Of a stretch of 64,000 nt of DNA, positions 23,003 through 35,058 are shown one piece after another. Under the pieces are notes generated by a model, which made no database searches, was not told the DNA's origin, and saw nothing but the letters and a program-made list of their open reading frames with translations. The stretch lies in assembly GCA_000091205.1 (NCBI GenBank), contig AP006500.2. One strand, written 5' to 3'. Made by a program: the position numbers and the translations under genes. Origin of the DNA: Cyanidioschyzon merolae (Eukaryota). Each line of letters begins with the position of its first letter. The first letter of the stretch is position 1.

Positions 23003-23797
23003 ATGTCTCGCCGCTACGACCAACGCGTGACGACCTTCAGCCCTGAGGGGCGACTCTATCAGGTGGAGTACGCCTTGGAGGCGATTTCGCACGCCGGCGC
23101 CTGCCTGGGGATACTCTGCTCCGACGGAGTTGTGCTGGCAGCCGAGAGACGCAACCTGTCCAAACTCCTGGATAAAAGAGGTCGCATTACTCGAGCATCG
23201 GAGAAGATGTACGAAATCGATAACCACATAGGCTGTGCGGTAGCGGGTATCACAGCGGACGCAAACGCACTGATCCAGAAAGCGCGTCTTTTCGCGCAGC
23301 GCTACCTATATACCTATAACGAGCCGGTACCAGTTGAATACCTGGTTCAACAAATCGCCGACGCGAAACAAAGCTACACACAGTTTGGCGGATTGCGACC
23401 CTACGGCGTTAGTTTTCTGTTCGCGGGCTGGGACAGACACCTCGGTTACCAGCTCTATAACAGTGATCCCAGCGGGAACTACGGTGGGTGGAAAGCAATT
23501 GCGATTGGTCAGCACCATGCTGCTGCGAATAGCATGCTTCGACAAGAATATCCCGAGAACCCCGAGGCCATGCCGACCATGAAGGACGGTATGCGGCTGG
23601 CAGCCAAGGTGTTCGCTAAGACCATCGATTTGTCTATTCTCGATGTGGAGAAACTTGAGTTCACCAGGGTGTGTCCTCTGGATGCGTGCACGAACGCGAA
23701 CATTTTGTTTCACAATGTAAGTGATGAGGAGCTGAAAAGCGCGTTCGAGGAGGTGAAGCGAGAACTGGCGCAGGCGTCGGGCACGGAGAACACCTGA
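23003..23797 (+). CDS. PSMA4: 20S proteasome alpha subunit, alpha-3 / alpha type-4 (PSMA4/PRE9-like)
   Basis: 264-aa ORF. [51 protein letters not shown]...[12 protein letters not shown]...[20 protein letters not shown]...[20 protein letters not shown] matches PSMA4 almost block for block ([32 protein letters not shown]...). ATG at 23003. Confidence 0.92.
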   Translation: [264 protein letters not shown]

Positions 23798-24350
23798 AGC
23801 TGCTCGTGACAACGTGGCCTACGCGGAACGCCCAAGTCTTCACTACCAGAGCCTGGTAACACGAAAACACAACGAGATCAGACGAGGAATCCGTCGGTAT
23901 GGATTGCTGGTGCGAGAACGAACCATATCGCGTGCTCTACCACGCGCGGCATGCCACAGCGCACCTGGCCAGACACCTGTTTGCGGCACCTGGGTACAGT
24001 TTGGCACCAGCGACGGTCGCCTGCTACACATATTCTTCGACGCACGGCTATGGAACATGTCGCGATTCAGATAGAGCTGCGCTACGAAGGACGGTATCTG
24101 TTAGGGTTCCGCATCCCCTGCCGCTTCCATGCATGCCACTGCGACTTTGAGGTGCTTTCAACGCCCCCGCCAGGCGCTTTTACGCACGGACTTGCGTCCA
24201 TGAATGTAAGTGCGTACAGCGTTTTCCGATCGACCGAATGTTTACCTGAACAAGGTGATCCTCGATTGCACGATGATGATGATGATGACGATCGGCATCA
24301 AGTGAAGCATCTGCCAAGCCACGCCAAAGCCTCAGCTTCCATGTGCTAGC

Positions 24351-24415
24351 CATCACCATCACCACCACCATCACCACCACCATCACCACCACCACCACCA
24401 CCACCAGCCGCACTT
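24351..24415. repeat. Imperfect (CCA/CCATCA)n tri/hexanucleotide microsatellite; a (GAT)6 run lies just upstream at about 24272-24292
   Basis: Read directly: catcaccatcaccaccaccatcaccaccacc...ccaccag. Intergenic, with no supported ORF. Confidence 0.85.
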
Positions 24416-25377
24416 CCCGTTGGCGTAATACGTTCGTGCCCACAATCCTTGGGCAGATGCGTGTTCTCGGGGAGCGCTCGAAGTCATATCCAGCACCAGT
24501 GCTGATGCCGCACTCAATCAGAGGCGCTTTGGTGTTTACCGCTGATCAGCGAAACGAAAAACGTTTCACGACCATATAGGGTAAATACACATACCCACGC
24601 ATAGACGCCTACCGGCCTTTTTCGACTGGCCGCCTTCCAGCGGTTTCAGTCCATCCAGGCACACTTTGACGTGAGACGCTTCCCCCAGAAAGTTAGAACG
24701 CGTCAGCGCCTCCGGGCTCGTGTTCAGCGCCACACATCTTCTGGTATTGGTGGTGGCGTCAGGTCTCGGTTCACGAACTCACCAGTGCAAGCATTCCTCG
24801 AACTCGTACCCTGAATGCCACTACAGTCTCGTGATCATCCCGTCGGCCAAAGACCTTTTCTCGCCTATCTGCCCGCTTCTTCGCTCGATTGTCAACGAGA
24901 AGGGAATTTTTTCGCTCTTTTCTCGGGGAGCCAGCGATGACGACGCTCCCGGCTCCCTGACTTGCATGCCCGCCCCATTTCCCTCAGATTTTCTATTTCT
25001 TCAAATGAACGCACTTCGAGTACGTTCGCTATAAACCGAGAAAAAGCATCTGATGACAAGCACCTGGAGAAGGAACACCACTGCGTCGAAGGACTGTAGC
25101 GGACGTCGGTGCCTGCGGGCCTCGCGACGGAGCTGGAGCGCCCGTCCCGGCAGGCGGCAGCTGCGACGCGGCATCGTGTACGCCCGCCCCAGGGCATGCG
25201 TTCCGGAAAGCGTAGCCAGACGCTGACTTTCTCCAATACTAGTCGTAGTCGTAGCTGACGAGGTGCAGTGTCGACCCGTATACGCGTCCAGGTGTGGTCA
25301 TTGTTGGTGTCGCTCGTTTCTGGAAACGTTTCATTCAGTTCTACGTTGACCATAACTCGTAACGGTACCGCGGCTGC

Positions 25378-26406
25378 ATGTTCGTCAGCAGTGGGAACGC
25401 CTTCGTACCGAGTGGGAAACCCCTAACCAGAGCAGCTTCCCAAAGACGGGGCGCTCGTCACAAAAACCAGGTCTGTTGCAAGCTGCCGCTCGGTAAGAGC
25501 CGTCTATGGAACCGCTTGCTTGAATGCTTCTCACTACCGCCAGAGACGAGCTTCCGCAAAGCGGTACGCTGTCTGGGCCTCACCAACAGCCTGGTAATCA
25601 CGTGCTGGTGCTGTCTGCACGCTACCGTGGTCGCACCAGCGCTCGCTGTCAACGGTTTGGTGGACCACCCGTTAACGCAACCGCTGCGGAACAAATACTA
25701 TCTGGTTCGTGCTGGGGAGTCTATCGCAGACGCACGCGGGATGGTCGAGTCGAACCCCGTCGATAAGACCTCTATAGCAAAGTCGGGTTTGACGGCTCGT
25801 GGTGCCCAACAAGCTCGCGCTGCTGCCGAGCAACTGGTCAAGAAACTGGGCTTTTGCCAGCAGACGAGCCAGTGCTGGATCTGGCCGTCGATGACGCTGA
25901 ACGCCTATGAAACCGGTGAGATCATCGGCGACAAAGCCGCTTTGGGTCACGAACGAATTGTGCCCGAGTTTAGCTATCTCGACAAGAGGGGTCTCGGCGT
26001 GTACAATGGCAGCATTTCCAGCGACGTTATTCCGAGGCTGCATGCACAGGATCGTGCGGACGCCCAGTATCGACCACCGGCTGGCGATGACGGTACCCCG
26101 CCGGAGAGCATTTTTGACGTCTTCATTCGAGTACGGCAGCTGTTGTCGAAACTGGAAACGCAGTACGGCACCCAGGGCGCAGATGTGGTTATCGTCGCGC
26201 CCGATACCTACACCTTGAGCGTCTTAGAGTGTGTGATGAACGGTGAACCGCTCGAGCGATTCGAACAACACCTGTTCGCACCGGGCGAAGTCCATTTCGT
26301 TGCGAATCCAAAAGTGTTCCCGATACGCGACGAAACCTTACCCCACGAACGCGTGAACTGGGCCAATATCGAGAGCGTTCGGCACGGGAGCGCTTCGGGC
26401 GGCTGA
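25378..26406 (+). CDS. Histidine-phosphatase (phosphoglycerate-mutase fold) family protein, apparently lacking both catalytic histidines (a candidate pseudo-phosphatase)
   Basis: YYLVRAGESIADARGMVESNP...SGLTARGAQQARAAAEQL aligns to the PGAM signature LVRHGESEWN...GLEQAKRAG with His replaced by Ala. Later, GADVVIVAPDTYTLSVLECV aligns to the second catalytic region VLIVAHGNSLRGIV with His replaced by Pro. ATG at 25378. The N-terminus has a hydrophobic stretch (LVITCWCCLHATVVAPALA). Confidence 0.6.
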   Translation: MFVSSGNAFVPSGKPLTRAASQRRGARHKNQVCCKLPLGKSRLWNRLLECFSLPPETSFRKAVRCLGLTNSLVITCWCCLHATVVAPALAVNGLVDHPLTQPLRNKYYLVRAGESIADARGMVESNPVDKTSIAKSGLTARGAQQARAAAEQLVKKLGFCQQTSQCWIWPSMTLNAYETGEIIGDKAALGHERIVPEFSYLDKRGLGVYNGSISSDVIPRLHAQDRADAQYRPPAGDDGTPPESIFDVFIRVRQLLSKLETQYGTQGADVVIVAPDTYTLSVLECVMNGEPLERFEQHLFAPGEVHFVANPKVFPIRDETLPHERVNWANIESVRHGSASGG

Positions 26407-26697
26407 TGGAGACACACCGCGCACCCGGCACTCGCGGCTCACGAAGCGAGCTCCCAGCGAGAGCGCGACGCTACAAGAACGCGCACTGAGCGCACCTGGG
26501 CAGCTGCGCACTCGTCACACCCGAACCGTGCTCGCTGAGCCGCTCGAGGAGTTGACACGCGAAGCAGGGCGTGCACTCGGCAATGTCTAGGGCACGCGGC
26601 TACTTTTGTTTTCCTCTTTCGCAGATGGCCCCGGGTGCGGAGCATCACCGCTGCGCGATGGCAAGCGCCCGGATGAAACGCATCCGCAACGCATGCT

Positions 26698-27960
26698 TCA
26701 GCGGTACTCGTCATGGAGACGCCACATGCGTATCGCTCCATCATGACATCCAGTGAGCAGACGAGTCGCCGAGCGGTCGAACGCAATACAAAGCACGACA
26801 GCCGGTACGCGTGCCCCGACTGAACAAGTCACGCCTGAGGTGGCCTGGGGCGCAGCACTCTGGCTCTGCCAACACCGCTGGGCAGCGTTCCACCAGTGCA
26901 GTTGCCCGTCGAGGTCGCCGCATACCAACTGGCCATCTTCACTCACGGCAGCCGTGCTGAGGGTCGGCGCTGGTCCAGGAATCTCGTCCACGAGTTGCAC
27001 AGCGGGCAGCTTCCACATTCGCGCACCGTCGGCGCTCACGGACACGAGCCGCTCAAGCTCGCTTTCTGTGAGATCAGTCTCGAGCCAGCAGCTCGACAGG
27101 CCAATGACTGGCTTCGCATGGCGTGTGCAGACACCAGCGGCGACACCCTTCACAATATCCCAGCTTCGAATCGTACAGTCGTCGCTGGCGCTTAACAGCT
27201 GCGGTTCGAGTGCTCGACCAACAAGCGAACGCACTCCGCCCCGATGACCGCCTAACTCGTGGACACTGCATTGGCCCCCGACGCGGGTATCCCACACGCG
27301 AATCATCTCGTCTGCGCTCCCCGAGAAGAGTACATGTGTCAACCGCGGATGGACTGCGAGGGCGTCCACACTCGCCCGGTGACCTACCAGACGTAGTGCA
27401 ATGCGACCGGTACGCGTATCCCATGCGAGGACGCGTTTATCAGCGGCACCACTGTACAGAAGATGTGGTGCTGACTCCGCGAAACGCAGCACTCGAACGG
27501 GTCCCAGCAGCTGCGACTCGGAGCGAAACGTATGAACAACAAGCCCACTGGCCAGATCAAAGAGTCGGATGCTTCGATCCCAGACACCGGCTGCGAAGGT
27601 GACGTTATCGCTGGCGACATCAAGCGCAACGGGCCAGCTATTTTCCACCCAGACTTGTCTGTATAAAGTCCAGGGATACCAGGTGCTTCTGGTGGCCGGT
27701 GAGAGCGCCCATGTCGCGGCTGCCTGCACCACCACACCCGGACCGGTTCGAGGGGGTTCGTGCACCCCCGCCGCCGTTGCCGGTTGTGTCGAGAGCGTCC
27801 CGCGTAGCTTCGTCAGCCAGTCGGGTACATCTGCACCTGCTTTCGGTCGCTGAGGGCGCAGGGCGCTCCTCCCGGGCTCTCCGAAGAGGCGCTGTGTGAA
27901 CACGCTGTTCCATTGGACAAGTTCTCGCAGTCGACGTTCGTTTGACGCTGCATCGCTCAT
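26698..27960 (-). CDS. WD40-repeat protein
   Basis: Several WD repeats ending in WD/WN dipeptides: HRASVDALAVHPRLTHVLFSGSADEMIRVWDTR; LGGHRGGVRSLV...LLSASDDCTIRSWDI; HDGAIRMWRL. ATG (MSDAASNERR) at 27960; the track ORF start at 27996 is a TTG. Confidence 0.75.
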   Translation of the reverse strand: MSDAASNERRLRELVQWNSVFTQRLFGEPGRSALRPQRPKAGADVPDWLTKLRGTLSTQPATAAGVHEPPRTGPGVVVQAAATWALSPATRSTWYPWTLYRQVWVENSWPVALDVASDNVTFAAGVWDRSIRLFDLASGLVVHTFRSESQLLGPVRVLRFAESAPHLLYSGAADKRVLAWDTRTGRIALRLVGHRASVDALAVHPRLTHVLFSGSADEMIRVWDTRVGGQCSVHELGGHRGGVRSLVGRALEPQLLSASDDCTIRSWDIVKGVAAGVCTRHAKPVIGLSSCWLETDLTESELERLVSVSADGARMWKLPAVQLVDEIPGPAPTLSTAAVSEDGQLVCGDLDGQLHWWNAAQRCWQSQSAAPQATSGVTCSVGARVPAVVLCIAFDRSATRLLTGCHDGAIRMWRLHDEYR

Positions 27961-28652
27961 CCTGAGCGCAAGGCACGTGTCCCTGCGGAGGCGCAAACGC
28001 GAGCGGCAGCGTCACTTACTGCTTCCGTGAACGACGCCAAGAACAGTACCCGGTACCATGGACGAGCGGTAACTGAGCGTCTCCAAGCTCAGAGACCCAG
28101 TGAAGAAGCGGAAGCAGTCCCGTTGGCGAAGCGGAGACGAACCGAACGCCAGTCCATCCGTAAACGAATGCATCGATACATCGATCGGTGGCAAGTCGCC
28201 CGGTATGCTCCTCGCCCTGGAATGCACACTGCGTACTCGTGCGTCTTTCTGGGCGAGACGCTCAACAGCAGCAGCGGTACAAGGCAACGAGTTCGCGATG
28301 GGTAACGTGCGCTTTCCCGGAGTCGTTAGTTACGGAAACCTTGTGACGTTCAAGTAGGTCGAGTTCGCTCCAATGTATTCGAAACTGGACACGTGCACCG
28401 TTATTCATGGATAACAAACGATGTGCCGTTCGCTTGTGCGGTTGGACAAGTTTTATGGACTGGTGCAGGACACCCCTGCTCTAACCAGGTGCGTATTCGG
28501 GTCGAGTGCGTCACAGACACACCGCCTAGACACGACCTGGTGCGGTCTATGGTGTTGTTGTTGCTGTTGTTGTTGGCCTTATTCGCTGCTGCAGATGCTG
28601 AAGCGATGTCACTGCTTCGCCTCTAGTCATTTTAGGTATCGTACTGTTTCTT

Positions 28653-28765
28653 TCACAGCGTCGTGGGTGGTGCATGGACACCACCAGCATCATCATCATC
28701 ATCATCATCATCAACGTCGTCGTCGCCGTCGTCATTATCTTCACGAATGATGTTTTCAGCGAAGA

Positions 28766-28796
<31 letters not shown>

Positions 28797-31700
28797 CGGT
28801 GCTTCACGCAGCGTCGACTGGGTGCGCGCATCTACCAAACTTGCCCCAGCGTTCAGCAGGTTGTTTCCGCTGAGCCCCAGATGATTATCAAACTGCGCGC
28901 CCATGAGCGATTGAGCGCGTCCTGTGCGCTGGGTACGCAGGTTGACCGCACTCACGTCGGTCGAGTAGAAACGCCGACGAGAGCGCTCTCGTATGGTCAA
29001 GTCCACGTCCGACAGGCGCGAAACGTGACCACTCGAAGGCGCGTGGCTCCGAGCACCAGCGCCCAAGGAGCGCGGGCTCCGGTTCCACGGCATCCCGCCG
29101 CCAGGCAAACTCTCGTGAGTGAACGTATCACCGGAATACGTCATCGGGACTGCCTCGTATTCGCGTTGGTTCGCAGCGCGGCGCGTGAGTTGCACAAACT
29201 TGGGCTCAACATCATACGCTTGTGTCGGATGCGGTGTGCGTTTGCGATGCAAGACGCCGAACCACTCCAGTTCCTGTACAATAACTTTGGGTGACGGGAA
29301 ATACATTCGATTCCAGTGATGGATCAAAAGCGGTGGTGTCTCGCAGATGATCACACACAAGATGATGATCAGCCAAAGCAGCGGCTCGCTGAATATCCGC
29401 ATCGCGTTCCAGTATAGCATTGCTGCTAGGTCCAAGTCCACGGTAAAGGTTCGTGCACAGAATGCAGGTCCTAGCCAGAACCACAAGGTTGCGCTGAAAA
29501 AGTATAAGCAGAACGAAAACAACGTCCAGCGTGCTTGATACAGCGCAAGCTGCAGATGCACGACCACAACCAGCTCAGTGAAGCAAGTCATTTCGAAAAT
29601 GCTCTTGCCCAGCATTTGCCCGCCGTTTCCTGGACCGTCCGCGCGGGCATAAAAAGTCAAGTAGAACATGACCACCGACTGACAGAGCGCTGTGAAAAAC
29701 CAATAGGCAAACACTCGCCAACGTCCGCTGGTATTGCGTTGCCCGCTGCGATAAATCTCCGGATAAAATAGCGTGTACGCGGCAGACACTTCCTGATCCA
29801 GGGTCGCCAACACGATCACCGGTATGGATGTCAGGAAAACGTTGTACATGGCGCCAAGCCAGGGATTGAAGAACTGTGCTCCGCTGAACGCCGATTTCGT
29901 TGCAAACCAGATCTCGAACGATGCCAGAGCCGCATTCTTATAGATCATATACACCACAAGCTTGCTGTTGCGTTTGTAGAACCAGCGGCCGTGCACCAGC
30001 ACAAGACGCTTCAGGAAGCGAAACTCCCCAATCGAAAAATCGCTAGCGAGTGCAGCCTCCATGCCTTCGCGTCCAGCAATACCGACCCCGACGTGCGCGA
30101 CCTGGATCATGCCGACATCGTTCGCTCCGTCCCCGATTGCTAGCGTCGTGGCATGCGGGTTGTTCTCTCGCATGCAACGCACAAGTTCCGCTTTCTGCTT
30201 CGGCGTCATGCGGCAGGCAATGACGCATCGCGCATACTCGCTGACGCGCACAAGTTTTCGCCGCAAGCTCCCCTGCAGTGCAACATCCAGTACATCACCG
30301 CCCACCACGAGCGCCTTGGCGATCGCACTGACGCCGTCGACTTCGAGCGCCCGCCAACGCGCTTCCGCACAGTCCAGTTGTGCGTCGATATCGGCAGCAT
30401 CGCCCGGACTCAACACCACGATGTCCATGTTGCGGCCGAGCAAGCCCGATGAAAGACCCACGTTGATTGCCGTCTCCTGTTTATCGCCGGTCAGCATCCA
30501 GACTTTAATACCGGCGAAATAAAGTGATCGCAGAGTGTCTGGAACATCACGCTGCAGGTAATCGATAATGGCACTCACGCCGAGCAACGTCAAGTCGCGT
30601 TCAATCTCGTCCGCCAGCGCCTCAACTTGGCTCGCACGATTTTCCATCGAAGATGACGCCTCCGTATAGCGTTTCGCCCATTCGGCGTACAGGTCTTCGT
30701 CGAGATCGCGATAACCAACGACCAAGGTCCGCAGACCAGCGAGCGCAAAACGATGCACTGCCTGCTGAATACCGGCCAGAGCCTGTTCGGCTTTCGTGTC
30801 CGTTGAACGAGCTCGCGCACACATCACCGAGTCTGCGCCTTTGGTGTACAATCGAATGCGACCGTCGGGCTTCCGAACAACAATCGACATGCGCTTACGC
30901 TCGGATGTGAATTCGAGCACGTGCAACACTGCGTAGGTCACCGGCTGTTCGTCCTCGAGCAGAATCATACTCAGCGCGTTGCGGTCGTAGAGCGTGACGC
31001 CACTGTAGTGGGCAGCAATGACCAGCGCCCGCTCATCCGGACTCGGCGCATGGTACTCGATTTGTCCAGTGGTATCGTCGCGGGACGGGGCTACCGTGTT
31101 GCAAAGCGCAAGCAATCGGAAAAACTCCAAATCGTTCTCATGATCCCGCCGACGCTGCGTAATCTCTTCGCCGTCAACGTACGCTTTGGCGAATTCCATA
31201 ATGTTTTGGGTCATCGTTCCGGTCTTGTCGGTAAAAACGTGCGTGATCTGGCCAAGCTCATCGTTGAGCGTCGAGTTCCGGCACCGGGCTCGTGTACGCG
31301 TCTCCCAGCAGTACATATGGTCGTCAACGACAATGAAAATCGACTGCAGACCTCGAACGATTTCCATGGTAACGTAGAGCGAAATCGGAACAAAGTTCGA
31401 AATCGTCAAAAAGAACGTGAAAAAGCGGAGTACGACGTTACCCACGCTGTAGCGCTCATCCAAGTACCAGGTTTGCGACGGATGCAAGTGCCGGTGTGCC
31501 CAGACGCCGTTCAAGATGGTCAGAATTAACGCAATGAAAAACTGGATGCAAATGAGAGCGAGAATGAATCTCGTGATCGTTTTCTCGATGCGACCAACTT
31601 TGTGCGCTTCCCTTTTCAGATTCATCATGAGTTTCGTCTCTTTTCCGGTATAAACGGCAATGCCGATCACCCAGTCCGTGTTGCGCAGCACAATACCCCG

Positions 31701-32657
31701 CTGCAGCAAATGGTCCCGGGAGACCGCGCACTCCACCACCTCGCCAGTCGGGAGACCTGTTTCGTCGGGCACTTCGATGCGAGCGCGGCCTTCAAACTCG
31801 TACAAGCGCGGGTTCGGAGCCTCGCAGTGGAACTCACCGATCAGTGTCCGCAACTGCTTTGGTGTGAAGAGGTCGCGATTCAGCGGAATACATGACTTGA
31901 CTTTGAGATTCGTTTCGCCATCGATTGCTCGTGTCTCCACGAAGCATGTCCCATCAGGCGTGCTGGACGACAGCGCTATGAGGTCAGCAGGCACGCCCTC
32001 GTCACGGCGAACGACGACGAGATCCCCGACTTGAACGTCGCGCCAAGCTTTGACGTGACTTTCCGCGTCAGATGCAGCATTTCCACTGTTCAGAACTTCA
32101 ACAAGCGTCGCGTTAACACGACGATCCTCTCGATATCGCTTCAGGTCCTCGGCGAGCTCCTTTACGGCAGTGATAAAAATCAGAAAAGCCAGAGCCGCCA
32201 GTGTAGCGTACCGGCCAGCAGTAAACACCGGTGTTATCGAGGAAATGAGGTACAGGATACCGACTATAAGGAAATAGAAGTTGGCCGGCCGCAATAGCTG
32301 GCGCACCAGAAAGACTGGAACAAACGTCCACAGCTCGTACTGCGTTGTTGATATGTAGTTGCTCATGAAGCGCTGCTTCGCGTTGAACGTCGGGTTATTG
32401 AGACGTACCACACGCGGTTCCGTCGACCGTTGCCGCTCAAACAGGGGACGCAAATCAGGATCTTTCAGAAACTGCACCAGACCGGCGGCGGCTCGCCGCC
32501 ACCACGGCTGTGTCGCACTCGACGCAGTACTTGCTGCTGCAGGCGTGAACGCGCCAGCTCCGCCACCAACCCCCACGGTGGTACCGTTTAGCGAGTCATT
32601 GCCTGAGGCAGAGGAAGCGCTGTCACGATCTCGTGACGCCGATGCCTCGAACCTCAT
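28653..32657 (-). CDS. P4-type ATPase (phospholipid-translocating flippase) with a polyQ and polyAsp low-complexity C-terminal tail
   Basis: 1334 aa. P-type motifs DKTGTMT and GDGANDVGMIQVAHVGVGIAGREGMEAA, and the P4-specific region FLKRLVLVHGRWFYKRNSKLVVYMIYKNAALASFEIWFA...FNPWLGAMYNVFLTSIPVIVLATLDQ. Ten transmembrane-like hydrophobic segments. The C-terminus QQQQQQQQHPFF...DDGDDDVDDDDDDDD is encoded by the (CAT)n, (CGT)n and (GCT)n runs at 28690-28800. ATG (MRFEASAS) at 32657. Confidence 0.9.
28690..28800. repeat. Trinucleotide repeat block, (CAT)8 plus (CGT/CGC)n plus (GCT)9, inside the 3' coding end of the P4-ATPase; a (TGT/TGC)n run lies just downstream at about 28551-28575
   Basis: Read directly. 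The reverse complement encodes the polyD and polyQ tail. Confidence 0.85.
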
Positions 32658-35058
32658 CTTTCCAGGGTACCTCACGCAAACAGGAAACAAGACCGCTGAA
32701 ACGCGCACTCGAGGCAAACGACACGCATGCCAGACACGCAGCAGGCACGCATGCGTGTACGGCAGCAGCACCGCAATCGTGTCCGTTTTGTACTGGAAAT
32801 ACCCGCGCGCATCACCGATGCAGGCGTGCGTATACACGGTGTCTGTCCGAATGGGCGCGCGCAAGTCCGGAAGCGCTTGCGAATCCGCCTGCCGGTGCCC
32901 AGCGGGGGGCCTCGCGCACTATCGTGCAACTTTGGGAAAGGTCAGGATGGTTGAATCCGTACAGGAATCTCTTTATGCGTGCAGTGGCCATCGACACTTT
33001 CGGGACAACGTGCGATGACGCCCATTGAAACGCGCAGGCGTAGTTGTGCTGATCCGGTTCGGTGTCGATCACTGCAGCAGACGCACCAGTATCGTGGGCG
33101 CCGACCCGTGCCGCACGAGGTCGGCGTTTCGGACTCGGAGACAGGTAAGCTGGCGGCTGCTGTAACCTCGCACTGACTGGCATTCGGCTGAGGATTTTGG
33201 CTCGAGTCCGGACAAACGATGCCCCAGCGCATGCAGCTCATGTTCCAGAGCTTTTTCCGGCACCCGATCACTGCATCGAACCAGACCCCTGCATCCACAA
33301 TTGCAGTCGAAAACCAGGCAAGTGGCCGACACACCGCTCCAAAGAGTATCCCAACGTTTCACAAGCTCCAAACTAGGTTACCAAAAGTAGCATCAAGGAG
33401 TCCAGGCCGCAGCTTCGCTGGCGTATCGAGCATGCGAAAAATACCGACGCTGCGATGCTGTGCGCGTCATGGCAGCGTTTCGGCGCCATGGCGCATCGCA
33501 GCGTGCACGCACGACGCCGACTCTGTCAAAAGCACCCACAAGTCTGTCTCCAGTGTCCGCCAACGCCACCAGATGATCGACATTGTGGCAGCGTGCGCGT
33601 GTGAGGCGCGTACGCCACAAACGTAGAAAACGAACGCTTGTGAACGCTCGTGACGCGGCGATCTCAGCGATCATCATCACACCCGCCCGGGTGCGGACAC
33701 TGACTCGCTGAATACGACGCTAACGGTTGTTGCGGTGGGTGTTATTGAAGCCTGCCAGGTAGCCCTCTCTGGGGAACGTCCGAGCGCTGGCGGACGCTGG
33801 AGGCTTCTGCCCATGGGGCTACCTGAGCACACATCCTGTAACCCGGAACGGGGGCCACAGGCCTTCGAGCAGTGTCGCAAGCTCTGGCTGCACAGCTCGG
33901 ACGCGGCCGTTCCCGTGCGAAAGGTACCGAAACGCACCAGTGCACCGCAACGACTCTGGCGACTGTTTTGCTTGAGGGCGCCTGCTGAAAGCGATGAACT
34001 TGTGGAGCTAGAAATGCATAACCACAAGTGTGTTGGCGCAAACGGGGCTGGTACCCTTGTTTCTGCGAGCGAGGTTTCTGGTACAGAGGGCAGCGCCGAG
34101 GTTGAAGTGTCGCAGCGTACGGCTCCGACCTCAAAGCCGCGCACCACGCTACCGCACCGGAAACGGCGTCGACTTCGGCAAGAGATCGCCTCTATGCTAG
34201 AAACGTCGACGGAAACCTTTACGTTCTCCGAACCGATTCCGCTTTCATTGCTTGTAGAAGTCTTGGTCGAGAGCAGGGAAGTTTCCACGGCGTCAGACAC
34301 GCGCTTCCAGCCACTCGAACTTCTTCACTAAGACACCCGAGCGTAAAAGGACGTGACAGGCACAGTCACCTCTCGGTAGAAGCGAACTTGAATTGGTGTA
34401 CAGTGCTGGCACAGCCGCCCAGCTGACTTGGTTTGAGCACGTCCGCAGTCTTCCCTGCAGCATGCATGAAGATGGCGGCGGCTGTGAATGTACAGAGAGA
34501 TGGTAACGATGTGATAAAGGGTGCCATGGTAGCGCCTCTGTAATGGTCGGTGCATACTGGATGGACCACCGCGAACAGTACGTCTGTCTAGGCAGGCGCT
34601 CCCACTCGTAAAGGACTTGTGGATTGACTCGAGTCTTGCGTCACAGGACCTGTCGAGCTCCATGGCTTCAGAGCTTCCAGCAATCCAGTGTGGTGGCTCG
34701 TGGAGCAGCAACTCGTTGCTGGGTACCTTCCCTTCTCTGTAGCCGAGAGTGCCCCGCGTGCAGTGTAGTGCGCACTGGACGTAGAGCGAAGCGTATCCAA
34801 ACCATGAGGGCATGCAGCGATAGCACCGATCGACAGGGATATTGCCAGGTGATACGCCCCCTGCGCGCCAGTCTCCCAGATCGTATCGAACAGCGGATCA
34901 ACACACGATGACGCAAGCCGTATACGCATAGACGGATACAATATGCAGCTGGAAGAGCATCGTCGTTGTCGCACAGCTTTAGGGAAATCGATTCGGCGAG
35001 CCGCTACCGCTCCTATGCTCATCTAGCAACAGAGAATAACGACCTTGGCGAGGTCCGT

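Noticed and set aside
24180-24443. ORF encoding poly-Val/Met or poly-His/Thr across the (CCA)n tract
   Set aside because: It is a pure microsatellite translation artefact, with no flanking coding signal.
33677-34331. Two mutually antisense ORFs of about 200 aa (33677..34300 - and 33735..34331 +)
   Set aside because: I recognise no motifs in either, and both have S/T/A/R-rich low-complexity translations. I cannot tell which strand, if either, is coding, so I left them unannotated.
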